NCBI GenBank assembly: GCA_010093995.1
Contig: ML992504.1
Coordinates: 124,001-188,000, forward strand
Length of the DNA stretch: 64,000 nucleotides
Source of the DNA: Elsinoe ampelina
Taxonomy: Eukaryota
Direction of reading: 5' to 3'
In this document: positions 12,573 through 24,424 of the stretch, in pieces
Position numbering within the stretch: the stretch's first letter is position 1
How the letters are laid out: the number at the start of each line of letters is the position of its first letter
The notes under the pieces: model-generated
What the model saw: the letters and a program-made list of their open reading frames with translations, nothing else
What the model was told of the DNA's origin: nothing
Database searches by the model: none
Translations under genes and position numbers: made by a program

Positions 12573-13824
12573 TCATACCCCCCTCGGCCGAATCTGACCA
12601 TGGTACGCAGCCCGCGGGTACGGCCCACCGAAATCCGAGTCGGCGCTGGCCTTTTCCTCATCCACCACGACCGTCACCTCGCGCTTGATGTCATGCAGGA
12701 GGTACGCCTCGCCCGCGTTCTCCGTGGCCTGGTGATCCGTCGACCGCGCGACGTGGCGGGACCCCATGATCCGCGGCCCGCCCATCCGGGAGCCCCCCGT
12801 CGGGTGGTTCTTGCTGGGTTGTTGTTGTTGTTGGTCTTTCGTGCCGCCGAGCGTCGATGCGCCGCCCTTGACGCGGAGTACGCAGGCGTGGAGCAGCGGG
12901 CGGGTCATGGCGAGGTTGGCGGCGATGACGCCGATGGAGTGCTCCACGATGGTCCACTTGCCGACGTCGAAGATGGACGCGAGGTAGTTTTCCCGGGTGA
13001 CTGGTTTGACGAGGAGGCTGAATCGGATGGTCGAGGCGATGCCGCCGACGGTGCCCATGACGAGGAGGGCGCAGGCGGGGAGCTTGGTGGTGAGGGGGAG
13101 TTTGGCGCGCCAGAGGGCGTAGACGGCCATGAGGGTGAAGGTGTAGTCGGATCCGATGGAGACGATGGAGAAGGCGTAGAAGACGCCGGTCGAGACGGGT
13201 TGGATGGGACAGTTGACTTCGCTGCCGGGGGCGATGATCAGGGCGGTGCAGGTGAAGGAGGCGAAGGCGAAGTATGCGAGGCCTGTGATGGTCGACAGGA
13301 TGCACAAGGCGGTGATGGAATATCGTTGCATCTTTTTGTGGCTGAAGATCTTGAGGAAGAAGAAACCGAGAGAGATCTTTAGGGCAACCAAGGCCAGCGC
13401 GAACATTCCTGTGCTGAATTTCGAGAGCTGTCGGTCGGTGTGAGTATTGTGGTTTCATCATGGCGTGGAGATACATACATGCATGGTGATGTTCCTCGCT
13501 CTATGATCACCATACGCCCCGCGAATGCCAAAAGTGACGACCGCTATCGCTATCGAGCATTGCGTCGCACTAAACACCTGTGATACTCTATCAGTGGAGA
13601 ATGGCAGGGTAGTAGAGCATACTGACAAAAGCAGCAAGCATCGACCAGTCTTCGAGTCCAAATTGACCCAGCATCTTGATGCGGACATAGAATCTGATGG
13701 CGACGGACAGGACGACAAAGGCCAGTAAGACGGCTGCTAGATTTCTTATGACGAGGGTGTCGGTGACGACAGAGTCGAGAAATGCCCGGGCAGCTGCGAT
13801 GGAGGCTGGCGAGGTGGCGGCCAT
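12573..13824 (-). CDS. Second PTH11-like (fungal rhodopsin-domain) membrane protein
   Basis: Multi-exon; RFYVR...FGLEDW, LKISLGFFFLKIF, LWRAKLP, ASTIR and WTIVEHSIGVIAANLAMTRPL motifs. Confidence 0.85.
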
Positions 13825-14920
13825 GGCAGTCTGCCGGAGCCACCTCGGTGGCTAGACAGTATATTTCGATGCGTGAAGAGCCTTGAGATTGCAGCGGCGG
13901 TGGTTCTGCTTCGAGTCTTCTGTATCAAGGGGAGGTGTACATAAGAAAAGCGAATTGATCAGGTCGGTCTACTTCACCTACCAGTGCTTGTTGGACCTGC
14001 AATACGAGACGAGTGGCTACCGAGGACGCATCTCGAGTTTCAGTGGTCAAGAGGATGCGCATCAGACGATTGTGATTGGGGCTTAAGCCAGCACACGCAC
14101 CGTAGTAGGCCTGACCATGCCAAACCTGGGAAGCCTTCGCAGAAACGCAAACTCAAGAGGAGGGAAGAAACACCATGCAGGTCCCCCCTAGGATGTTGTG
14201 CAAACCCTTGACTAGAGCTGCATTGGCGGCTTGAGTAGCGTTTCGACTTGCAAGAAGTGGAGACAGCCATGCCCGGTTCGCGAGGTCCGAGGTCCAGACC
14301 CAGCGCTGGTCGACAGAGGACACTTGAGCTCATGACTATGGACCACCTGTCATCCATTTGTTCTCAATGAGATTGGATGTAGCCATTTGAAGCAGTGCAG
14401 GTGCTGTCGTGGAACTTGAGGATGCATAATCCGAGGGCAAGACGACCGACGGGAAGATGCAAGTCCGGACATGCAGCAGGCGGGGCCACAGGTGGCGCCG
14501 TGAGCGTGGACAACCCTCGGAACCTCCACTTTGGTTGTGATACCCTCGTGCGTTTCTGTGCAGCTGGGAAATCTGCATATCACTTCTCCAGATCGTAAGA
14601 AGACCTAATTATATCCACTTTTGCTCCATTCTTGCGGAAAGGAAGGTCTCCGATTGCTCAGATCCGCTCTTTCTCGGCCACGGCCGCCGCTAAAACTGGC
14701 TGAGAATTTTCACCAGATTAGGGAATTCATACGTACAGTATCATACCCCCGCAATATGCCACGCGATTCTGCAGTACAATATGTAACAATGTCTTAGGGG
14801 CCAAACGGCAGTGTGATGTATGACGATGGCCGTGCAGGCGAACAACCGGAGACACTGACCCTTTCCTTGTCGCCGACACTTGTGCAGTATCAGGGTCGTC
14901 AATTATTGACGGGTCGGGTA

Positions 14921-14988
14921 GACGAGAACACGAGAACCCTGACGAGAACCCTGACGAGAACCCTGACGAGAACCCTGACGAGAACCCT
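14921..14988. repeat. 12-bp tandem minisatellite (GACGAGAACCCT)n, 4 perfect plus 2 partial copies
   Basis: Read directly: gacgagaaca cgagaaccct followed by gacgagaaccct x4 (14941-14988). Confidence 0.95.
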
Positions 14989-15604
14989 CCAGGGCTGAGG
15001 GCTCATGTTCATGTACAACCTTAAGTCAAGACAGACGCCCCCTTGAAAAGCAGAGCGATTCTGACCAATGGTTGTGCCCGAGCTCGGCGAATGGCGGCCT
15101 GGCTCGATCGGGCAGTCCCCGAGAGAGCCGCACTCGGACCAATTAGGTTGAAATGTCCAATCTGCTTACGTAGTGCTTCTCAAGGTCGTGTTCTGTATGC
15201 GACTCAGCTCGGCGACCAAGCGAGTTACGAAGAACAGATGTCATGGCTTGGGATGGCGGCACAGCTTCAATCAAAAGAGCTGTCAAGTGTCAATCGTCAA
15301 TTGATACTCGGTAATATAGAGCAACTTGAAAGCAGTCTGCGGCGGCTGTCTGCCATTGGTCCAGCTTTGACCGACTCAGCGTCTTCATACTACCTCTTAC
15401 CATCCTTCACCACCGTCATCGTCGCTCAGACAGGCCGTCTTCCTCAATGCGCTCCTAGATCATGCATCCTCCTTCTTCTTCTCAGCTCGACTTCTACCTC
15501 GAGGGACGAGTAGAATTCCGGCATGAAACGACGTACACCCGTTGTCAAAACGGCCCTGCAGCACCTCCCTCGTGCACTTTCCCCTGACCACAACCTCCAC
15601 GAAA

Positions 15605-17016
15605 ATGCACTTTTGTCTCCCGGTTTGTTGATCTTCCCATGCGGTAAAGACTGCCCAAGATGCATGCAAAGCAGCAGTCTGTCCTGCCCGGCATCATTGC
15701 TGGCTTGTTCGTATCTACCATTTCCTTGATCTGTATTGTTCTTTGGGTTCGTCCTCCACTACCAGCTATCCCAGCACCCATACTCCACTTCTTCAACAAC
15801 AACAACACCGATCACGCATCAGACAAATGGACTTTCGATGCAGAGCGCGACCGTACAGCTCACGGCCTCACTCACGCCCAATGCGACATCGCATTCCCCC
15901 TGCGCGCCGAGATCAATAGGTCCGCCATTTACTGGAAAGACGGCATAGTCTCAGCAGCCATCAACATCACGCAGCGCAACGTGCCAGCCTTGCGAGTTCT
16001 GATATACGATCAGCAGGTAAGACTCTCCTCATAACCGCACTCGCCCTTCTCATTCTTGTCAGCTCTACATCATCCAAGCCAAAGGAGCATTCGAGCCATG
16101 GAGAGATCGCATGATCGGCACTCTCGGTCAACTTCATCGAGCTATAATCACTGCCCCGGAGCCGGTTCCCAACATCGAATTCTCCATGTCCGTCAAGGAC
16201 GACGCCCCAACTCCTGCCTCGATGCAAAATGCCATTTTCAATTTCAATCGCAAGTTTACGGAGCCAGGACAAGATGCGCTATGGCTTATGCCCGCGTTCA
16301 ACTACTGGGCATGGAAGGGCGTGGTCGGATCGTACACACCGTTTCAGAAGATGCTGAAGGAGACGGATAAGCAGGACATGGCAGACAAGAAACCAGTGGC
16401 CGTGTGGAGAGGGGCTGTCGGCGTCAACCCACCCCTTCGCGAGCCTCTCCTGAAGGCCGCAGAGGGAAAAGAGTGGGCAAATGTTGCAGGCGTGGACTGG
16501 GGAAACAAGACCGACCTCCAGGCCAAATGGATCGACATGGCCGACCATTGCGACTATGCTTTTCCCATTTATACTGAGGGGACGACCTGGTCTGGTCGAC
16601 TGAAATATCTGCTCAACTGCCGCTCGGCGCTGGTAATGCCAGAATCAGAGTGGATCACGCCGCTACACGCGCTCCTCCAGTCAGAGGGACCGGATCAGAA
16701 CTTCATCTCAGTACGACGCGACTGGCAGGATCTGGAGGAGAGGATCACCTACTATCAGGCCCACTGGGACGAGGCACAGAAGATCGCCGACAATGCTGTG
16801 GCGACATTCCGAGATCATTACATCACACCTGCTGCAGAAGCGTGCTACTGGCGGCAACTGTTCAAGACATACGCTACTGTCGCGTTCAAGCCATACCTGT
16901 ACGAGGACGAAGAAGAGCGGGGTGTGTATGATGCCAGACGACAAAAGGTGCGAGGCATGACATATGAGGAATGGTCGATCAAGCCCGCCGACTATCATGC
17001 AAATTACCACGGCTAG
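15605..17016 (+). CDS. GT90/CAP10-domain glycosyltransferase (type II membrane protein)
   Basis: N-terminal TM helix; QCDIAFP, PVPNIEF, KKPVAVWRG, DHCDYAFPIYTEGTTWSGRLKYLLNC, FRDHYITPAAEACYWRQL. Intron 16017-16062 is clear; the start is either 15605 (with an intron 15623-~15674) or 15660. Confidence 0.85.
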
Positions 17017-17112
17017 GACCAAGACAATACAAGCGTATGAGCAATCTGGCACATGATACCACGTAGAGTGATGATAATTCCAAGCATTCGCATCCAGCTC
17101 AAACGGACTGTT

Positions 17113-18737
17113 CTACCGTCCAAACTTCTTCAACTCGACCGTCCTGAGGCCATAATAACTCACGGCCGAAAAAGCAAACGCCAACTCGAACCCAACATCA
17201 CCCCCGAACGGCGCCTCGCCAGCGTACTTTGCAATCGGCCCCACGAACCAGACCTGCGACATGCCCATGACCATACCGACAATACCGATGCAAAAGGCGG
17301 ACACGGCAGCGATCCCAACGGGGAGCTCATGCGGCCGATCGTAAATCTCGGGCCTATACCCGCCGAAGCCCTTCTTGAAGAAGAAATGATCCGTCAGCGC
17401 GATGCCCTCGTAAATCGCGAGCCAATACCCGATGAAAACCATAAAGTAATCCAACACCTCGAAGAAATTGCCGTACCCTGGGATGGCGATGGCGATGTAA
17501 ACCGCCGTGCCGACGCCGGTCCACACGAAGCGCGGGACGTTCTGGGTCCACTTGCCGAAGACCTGCACCGTGAGGGCGAACGAGTAGATGTTGGGGCAGT
17601 TGTTGGCCACGATGGACAGGGCGAGGATGACGAGGCAGAACTCGCCGAAACGGCCGAGGGGGGGCACCACGACGGCCGCGAGCAGGCCCCCCGTGCCGGA
17701 CGCGTCGAGGCCGAGCTGGTACGGGTTGTTGCCGTCGTTGGCGGCCGTGGCCGTCATGATGGCTATGCCGAGGAATTCGCAGAAGCAGAGGGGGATGATG
17801 AGGCCGGCGTAGGTCCAGGCGAAGACTTTGGTGCGGGACTGGGTCGACGGTTGGTAGCAGGTGTAGTCGGCCGCGTAGGGGGCCCAGCCGGTGGCGAAGC
17901 CGAAGATGGTGGCGCCGAAGGAGAGGACCGAGCCGAGTTCGCTGGTGCCGACGCCCATGGGGATGTTGATGAAGGCGCCCGAGTGGGCGAAGACGCCGAG
18001 GACAATGAGGAAGATGATGGCCGTGGGGATCCAGGAGTAGAATTCGTACAGGTGGACGACTTTGTACCCGAAGAGGGTGACGATGAAGGTGGCTACGGCG
18101 ATGATGATGATGCCCGCGAAGCCGGGGACGTCCGAGTTGACGGCGTTGAGGAGCTGGGCGCCTACGATGGCGTTGACGGATGACCAGCCCAGGCATGCGA
18201 GGACGTTGAAGATGGCGATGAGCTTGACTCCCCACCATCCGAACCAGAAGCGGGAGAGGACCATTTGACGGAGACCGAATTTGGGGCCAAAGGTGGAGAA
18301 GTAGCACACGGGAATGATACCGATGAGATTGAAGAAGAGGCAAGTCAGGATGGCATCGACGAATCCGAGGTAGAAGGTCCTCTTTGCGAGGAGACCCAAG
18401 GCGAATGCTGAGATGACGAGGTTGGCGGCAAGCCACTGGGCAAGGTCAGGTAATTGATGCTTGGAGGGTATGCTAAAGGACGTACCATTGTGCCCACATT
18501 GAGCAATGCCTTGAAACCTCTGTCCGTCCTCTCATCCTCGGGAACCCTCTCGATACCTCTTTGCTCAATCTTCCACTTTCCAGCCAATCGCTGCATGCGC
18601 GCATAGAGGGAGTCGCCAATCTCGAACGACTCTCCTGGGACGGCGCCATCTTCGCGGACGAGCTCAGCGCCCTTGTGAGAGAAGCCGTTCTTGTGGTTCA
18701 CTGGATTCTTCTCCAGATCAGAGCCGGCGGAACTCAT
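17113..18737 (-). CDS. FCY2: Purine-cytosine permease (NCS1, Fcy2/Fcy21 family)
   Basis: IEQRGIERVPEDER; intron 18485-18436 gives TMWLAAN; FGPKFGLRQMVLSRFWFG, GWAPYAADY, ANNCPNIYS, GGDVGFEL...ELKKFGR. Confidence 0.93.
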
Positions 18738-19710
18738 CTTGGGCAGTTGTCGATCTCAATCGTCGATTCAGATACGGCTGCAGAGGTGGTCGCTTCGAAG
18801 AGAGATGTCGTCTACCGTGGGAAGCGTCAAGGGCCAGTAGACGTAGAGGTCACTACAAACTCATCGAGTGATGCTTGGTGGGCGCAAGTAGATGTACAAA
18901 GGAGAATCGAAGACACGGGATATGCAAAGCTAATGTACAAACCAAAGCTCCGTCGTATCGCGCCGCGTGGCCGTGGCCGGTGCCGGTACTTTTCGTCGTA
19001 TCGCGCCGGAACACATGTGGAGGGACCGAGAGGCGCACAATGACTGAAAAAAAAAAAAAAGGTTTCGTTGATAAGAAAAGTTTCAGGGTGCAAGCTGTTT
19101 CCCTCCTTCTCGCGTGGGACAAATGGCGGAGATCGGCGTGCCGGGAAAGAAAGTGGTGGGAGACGATAGGCGAGATCAGATGCAGGTCGCATGCACCCAT
19201 CATGCTCGAATGTATCCCTTCGATCAGTGTTAAAGTGACAGCGACCATGACCATTTCCAGGACTAATATCTCTTGTTCCCGTCCCGTTCAAGCTGCCGTC
19301 CTTGATGCTTATCTGCGCCAACGTAAATCTTGTCTCGCAAATCATGTCCGTGCGTGGAGCTTGATTCGCCTTGTCGCGTGCTCGAAGAGTAATCAACGAC
19401 GGGTCAACGACGGGTCAAAGACGGTTCGCAGTGTCGCACCAGACTGGTGGGTCAATCTCGACTTTCCAGAAGTCCCAAAGTGGGTCGTGGCAATAGTCGG
19501 GTGGCTCTGCAAGGCAATGTGGACGACGGAGCCCGAGCTCCCCTTTGATGGGTCTATATACATATCGTCCTAGTTGCCATTACACTGTAGTCTTGTTGCC
19601 CTCGATGCATAGCCATCTATGCTCTGCCATGTCTTGAAAATGCTGTCAATGCACGCTTAATACTGATGCAGAATGAATTCAAGCCCGTTGCTTCCACCAC
19701 ATTAACCTCG

Positions 19711-22700
19711 TCATCGTCTGGCGGTCCCGTTGGACACGCTGGTCATGGTAAGCCCTGTGGGAGGAGCCAAGGTCTGCGCATGACCTGGCTTCGGGCTGTG
19801 TGCTCGACTGGGTGCTGCACTTGGAGCCGCGCTACGGTTGTGGGCCATGTGGGCACGCACGAGGTGACCAGCGGCAAGGGCGCTGCAGAGAGAAAGCTCG
19901 CCGGCAAGAACACCGGCGGCGATGATTTTGGCGAGTCTCCGGGCGTTGTCACCGGGGCTAGCTGGGTGTGCGCCGCGTACACCAAGAAGATCGAGCATAG
20001 CCGCTTGAGGCTCGAGAATGGTACCTCCACCAATTGTACCCACTTCGATACTGGGCATGGAGACGGAAATCTGGAGATTGCCGTGAAGACTGGAAAATGT
20101 TAGCAACGCATCGCATCTCGCAGTCTTTCAAACTTACTTCTTCATGACGGTGATGCAGTTGGCGCTCTCCACAACTTGGGCAGGGTCTTGGCCGCATGCG
20201 AGGAACATTGCCGCAACAATGTTCGATGCGTGCGCATTGAAGCCTCCAATACTCCCAGCCATGGCACTACCAATCAAGTTCTTCGACACGTTGAGCTCAA
20301 CAAGAGCATTGACATCGCTCTTCAATACGGACCTCACCACATCACCAGGAATGATGGCCTCAGCTACAACGCTCTTGCCACGACCATCAATCCAGTTGAT
20401 GGCAGCGGGCTTCTTGTCAGTGCAAAAGTTGCCTGACACGGAAATGATAGCCATGTCTTCAAAGCCGGACTCTTTGGCCATGACGTCCAATGCCTTCTCA
20501 ACACCCTTTGAGATCATGTTCATCCCCATGGCGTCGCCGGTAGTGGTCTTGAACCGAATGTACACATAGGTACCAGCAAGAGATGTCTTGAGTTGTTGAA
20601 GACGGGCAAATCGGGAAGTCGAGTTAAAAGCATCCTTCATGACCTTTTGACCTTCCTCAGAGTCAAGCCACAGCTTTGCGGCAGCAGCCCGTGCCAGGGT
20701 CTCGAAACCAACGCAAGGACCGCGAGTCATACCGTCCGCAGTCAGAACCGTGACCGCACCCCCACCCGCGTTGATAGCCTTGCATCCACGAGAAGTGCTT
20801 GCAACAAGGACGCCTTCTGTCGTCGCCATGGGCAAGAAGTAGCTTTCGCCGTCAATCGTCAAGGGTCCGGCAACGCCGACGGGGAGAGGCATGTAGCCAA
20901 TGACGTTCTCGCAGCAGGCTCCAAACACCCTATCATAGTCGAAATGTTGATATGGCAGATTAGATGACTCGAGCAGACGAGAGCGTTTGGTTGTTGCCGG
21001 TGTTCGCGCAATCATGGCTCTTCGGACTTTGACAGCCCGAGTCTTGTCCTCGAGTGTCTTCTCGAGCGCATATCCAGGAATCTTGCCACGCAGTGACAGA
21101 TCAATCAATTCCTCGTCATTGAGCAGAGGCGCCTTCTTGTCCTTGAGCATAAGCTCGCAATCTTCTCGGTTCCTTGGCTTGCCATCTTCAGTCGGATCTT
21201 CGATGGCACTTTCGTCAATAGTCGAGGAACCACCCTGAATGGCATGGCCATTTGGCTTCGGCCCACTGATCGACTGCCTGGGAACAGGCATCTTCAACTC
21301 CTTGATCCCCAGACCTTCGTTGGCCGTCAGCTGATGCTCGGGTTCTTTGATGCTCCATCGTGCGGCGTTGAAGAGATATCCGTTCAGCGCCAGACTCATT
21401 GCCAGTGCGATGACGACCCACTTGCCCAATGCCGGATCGTCAAAGCTCTTGAGGACACCCTCCACCACCTTGCCGCCCATGGTGGAGAAAAGCCCGTCCG
21501 CATAATCCGTGTTGAGAAAGGTCCAGTCATCTTCGGCAGGTGGGCTGTAGTGAACAGAAGGATATTGCAGCTCATACTTGATGGGCTGCAAGACACTGAC
21601 GATATGAGGAGTCTTGGTTGCCACTGCACGGCTGTAGATGAGATCCAGACCAGAACTCGCGACACGGAAGGGATCGAGAGGCGGTTGAGGTACGATACTT
21701 GCCCGACTTTGCCTGAGAAGGGGTGCCACGTTCTTCACGTTGTGCCGGAAAGGCATGGTGCAGAGATTAAGGACATTGATCAGGATAAAGCCAGACACCA
21801 TGAGGACCTTGAAGCGAGGGACACTCGAGTCGCGTGCCTTGCGGCCAAAGATGGAGAAACTGGCTGACCCATTGTAGCTGCCGTCTTTTCTCGGCCAGTC
21901 ATTGCTGGAGGCGACATTTTCCGCGACGGTCCGACTGACGCCGTCTTCCTCGAGAGCCTTGCGGAGAGCAACGTGTCGCTTGATTCTGTTGACTTCCAGC
22001 TTGATGGTCAAGATCGAGGTGTAAAAGGTGAAGAGCAGGATGCAGTCGAAAAGCATGGTCCAGGCCGCGAGAAAGCAGAATTGGCGAAGACCGCCTTGAA
22101 TGCCCGATGCCGCACCAATGCAAAGGATTGCAATTTCGATGGCGTAGTCCCTGACAATGCCGAACCCTCGTTCTTGAACCGCGGTCTGAACTGCATTTTG
22201 AATGGTCCGCGGTGCGCTCTCACCATTAGCTGGTGTCCTGGGCGATTCTGCCTGTCGCGGGCTGATCGCAGCCGAAAGTACAGCTTGGGTAAGAATGATT
22301 GGCTTCTCAAAGCCGACTGTGACCACGAGGAACGGCAAGCCCTCGGAAAGAAGGATGACGTTCACAGGCACACCAAGCTTGATAGTCACCATGAGACCAA
22401 AAAGAAAGGCGAAAGCGGAGGAGAAGAGGACACTTGTGGCCAGCCAGAAGTTGGAGCCCATGCGCCTCATTGAGAGGAACAGAGACACGAACGTGAGATG
22501 CATAGCCAGGTAGCCCAGTGCCATGATGACAATGTCCAATGTATCCGCATTCTTTAGTAGGTCAACAAAGGCAGTCCATGAATTGGAGACCCATTCTTGA
22601 ATCGAGGTTGTCTTTGAAGGAGCGCGAACTGCCTTCATGAGCCATTTCTTTTGCTCTGGCACATCATCGATTGTGCCGGACTCATTACCGTCAGATGAGG

Positions 22701-23322
22701 GTGCAGGGATCTCCTTGATTGAGGAAAGGAACGCCGGAATCTGGTCCGAGGGCACAGCGAAAGCAGCAGAGGCTTCGTGCGCGAGGGCAGTCAATCTCTC
22801 GGCTGAAGGAGGGAGAGGCTCCGCCGAAGTGCCAGTGGGTATCCGTATGGACTTTGCGTCTGGTGCGCTCTCGCCAGATGTGGATAGCCCAGAGTTGGCA
22901 AAGTTGAGTGTCACGAGTGAGATCTGTCAAGGTGAGTCAACTACCTAGTCAAGTTTGAGGACGGTAGCGCGTACATCTTCTGCACCGGAGAGCTTCAATG
23001 CCGAATCTTCGAGCTTCCACTTCCATTCCGTGCTCGGTCCAAGATGCAGTCTTCTTGCGCCGGCCTGCAGAGCTTCCACATCCACTTTGCCATTCAATGC
23101 AGAGGCAGATGGCTCGAATAGACCGGTCTCGAGAAGGCCGATATACATGGAGCTTGCCAGTATGGAGAGGAAAGTGATTGTGTGAATGGGGTGGGTGCAA
23201 GCCTTTTTCGACACGGTCTGTAGGACGGGGGTGACCTGTCTGTTGTACCAGCCAGGCTTGCTTGGGTCCTCTGGATCGTAGAATGTGCGCCATCTGGCGG
23301 GAATGAGAGAGGAGCCGAGCAT
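19711..23322 (-). CDS. HMG1: HMG-CoA reductase
   Basis: HPIH N-terminal motif, sterol-sensing domain ([17 protein letters not shown]), catalytic [40 protein letters not shown] and HMAHNRS; introns 22974-22924 and 20137-20090. Confidence 0.98.
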
Positions 23323-23923
23323 GTTGAAGGCTCGTAGAGGATGGAGGCGTGGTAAAGGAGCGTGGTTGTTGATCGCGTGGCCGTATCAAAGGGAGCCAAA
23401 CGCGGGAGGTGTGTTTGGTATTGTTCTACAAGTCTCGGTGTTTTACCACTTGTTCAGCATCTTTGTCTTGCTCTTAAATAGCTGTGTCACGTAATTGGCC
23501 AGCGAGCAGTGTAGATATGGAGTGCCGAGGTGCTGAAAAGGAGGTCCAGAGGAGTCGTAGGAGATGCGGTATAGTAGTCGCGTCGAATGGTGCGGAGGAG
23601 ATTCGAGAAGGCGGCGCGGAAGCAACAAATTGTTGAAGATGTCGACGGCGGTGAGGATGCACGTCTTGAATTGGCCCGCACTGCAGATCAGGGTGAGAAT
23701 GGGAGTGGATTCCCTGTTGAGAGTGAAGTTGGTAAAGGTTGACAATGGGCGGGAGCTAGCCAGCTTGACGGAAATTGAGAAAAAAAAAGATCAGTCCACA
23801 CTGAGCCAACTCTAAAAGCTTAGCTCTGGCCCTGGATGGTGGGATGTTCCTTGGTCGTTTCTGATTGCCATCTGCCGGTGACAAAACGATCACCATCGCG
23901 AGCAATGCGAGCCAGCCTCTTTT

Positions 23924-23933
23924 ATCGTATCAT
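23924..23933. promoter_or_regulatory. Candidate SREBP (SrbA-type) sterol regulatory element upstream of HMG-CoA reductase
   Basis: ATCGTATCAT fits the fungal SREBP consensus ATC[GA][TG][AG][CT][GC]AT as I recall it, ~600 bp upstream of the ATG; a single short match. Confidence 0.35.
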
Positions 23934-24424
23934 CGTCGCCGTCACCGCGCCTGGATTCGCAGTGCCTTGTGCCTTTGCTTCTGGGTCACACGGCATGGAT
24001 AGACAAACAGAAACAGGCCTGGTTGGACGGTGACGACACCCTCTTCGCCCCTGGCATGAGATCCATCACAATTGCCATGATTGATTGGTCTTTGTTCTAG
24101 GGAGGGGACCGCAGAGCCGCACTTTGACGGTTCCTTTGATCTTGTCAAGAAGTGGCACCGCCTCACGACGCGTCAAGTGCTGTAAGTGCTGTGTGGTATA
24201 CAATTGCCGGCTATTCTGCTGCCTGCCGCTATTTCGTCAGTTCAACCACTGCTCTGTCACTCAGCCACAGCACACCATAATTAAGTCCAGGTGAAAATAG
24301 TAAATTAATTAGATCTATACTCGCAAGCCCTGTGTGCCGCTATGCCTGTCCTTATGCCTAAGGTATGTATGCTGTCGTGCCTTTGCTTTTCCTTAATCAA
24401 AAAAAATCATTACGTCTTTTCCAA

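Noticed and set aside
14921..14988. CRISPR-like or telomeric array
   Set aside because: No spacers, eukaryotic context, and not (TTAGGG)n; a simple minisatellite.
17053..18183. 376-aa antisense ORF over the permease, and similar long antisense or alternate-frame ORFs over 12600-13476, 33703-34374, 50788-51640 and 54208-55438
   Set aside because: Expected by-product of strongly C/G-ending codon usage on the true strand; no recognisable motifs and biased composition.
18738..19600. TPP riboswitch upstream of the NCS1 permease
   Set aside because: Plausible for this gene class, but I could not find the CTGAGA and GAACCTGAT...AATxCCxGCG aptamer elements on the coding strand.
23443..23460. uORF MLNKW-stop upstream of HMG-CoA reductase
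   Set aside because: Lies just downstream of a TATTTAA element and may be untranscribed or intronic; cannot be supported without TSS data.
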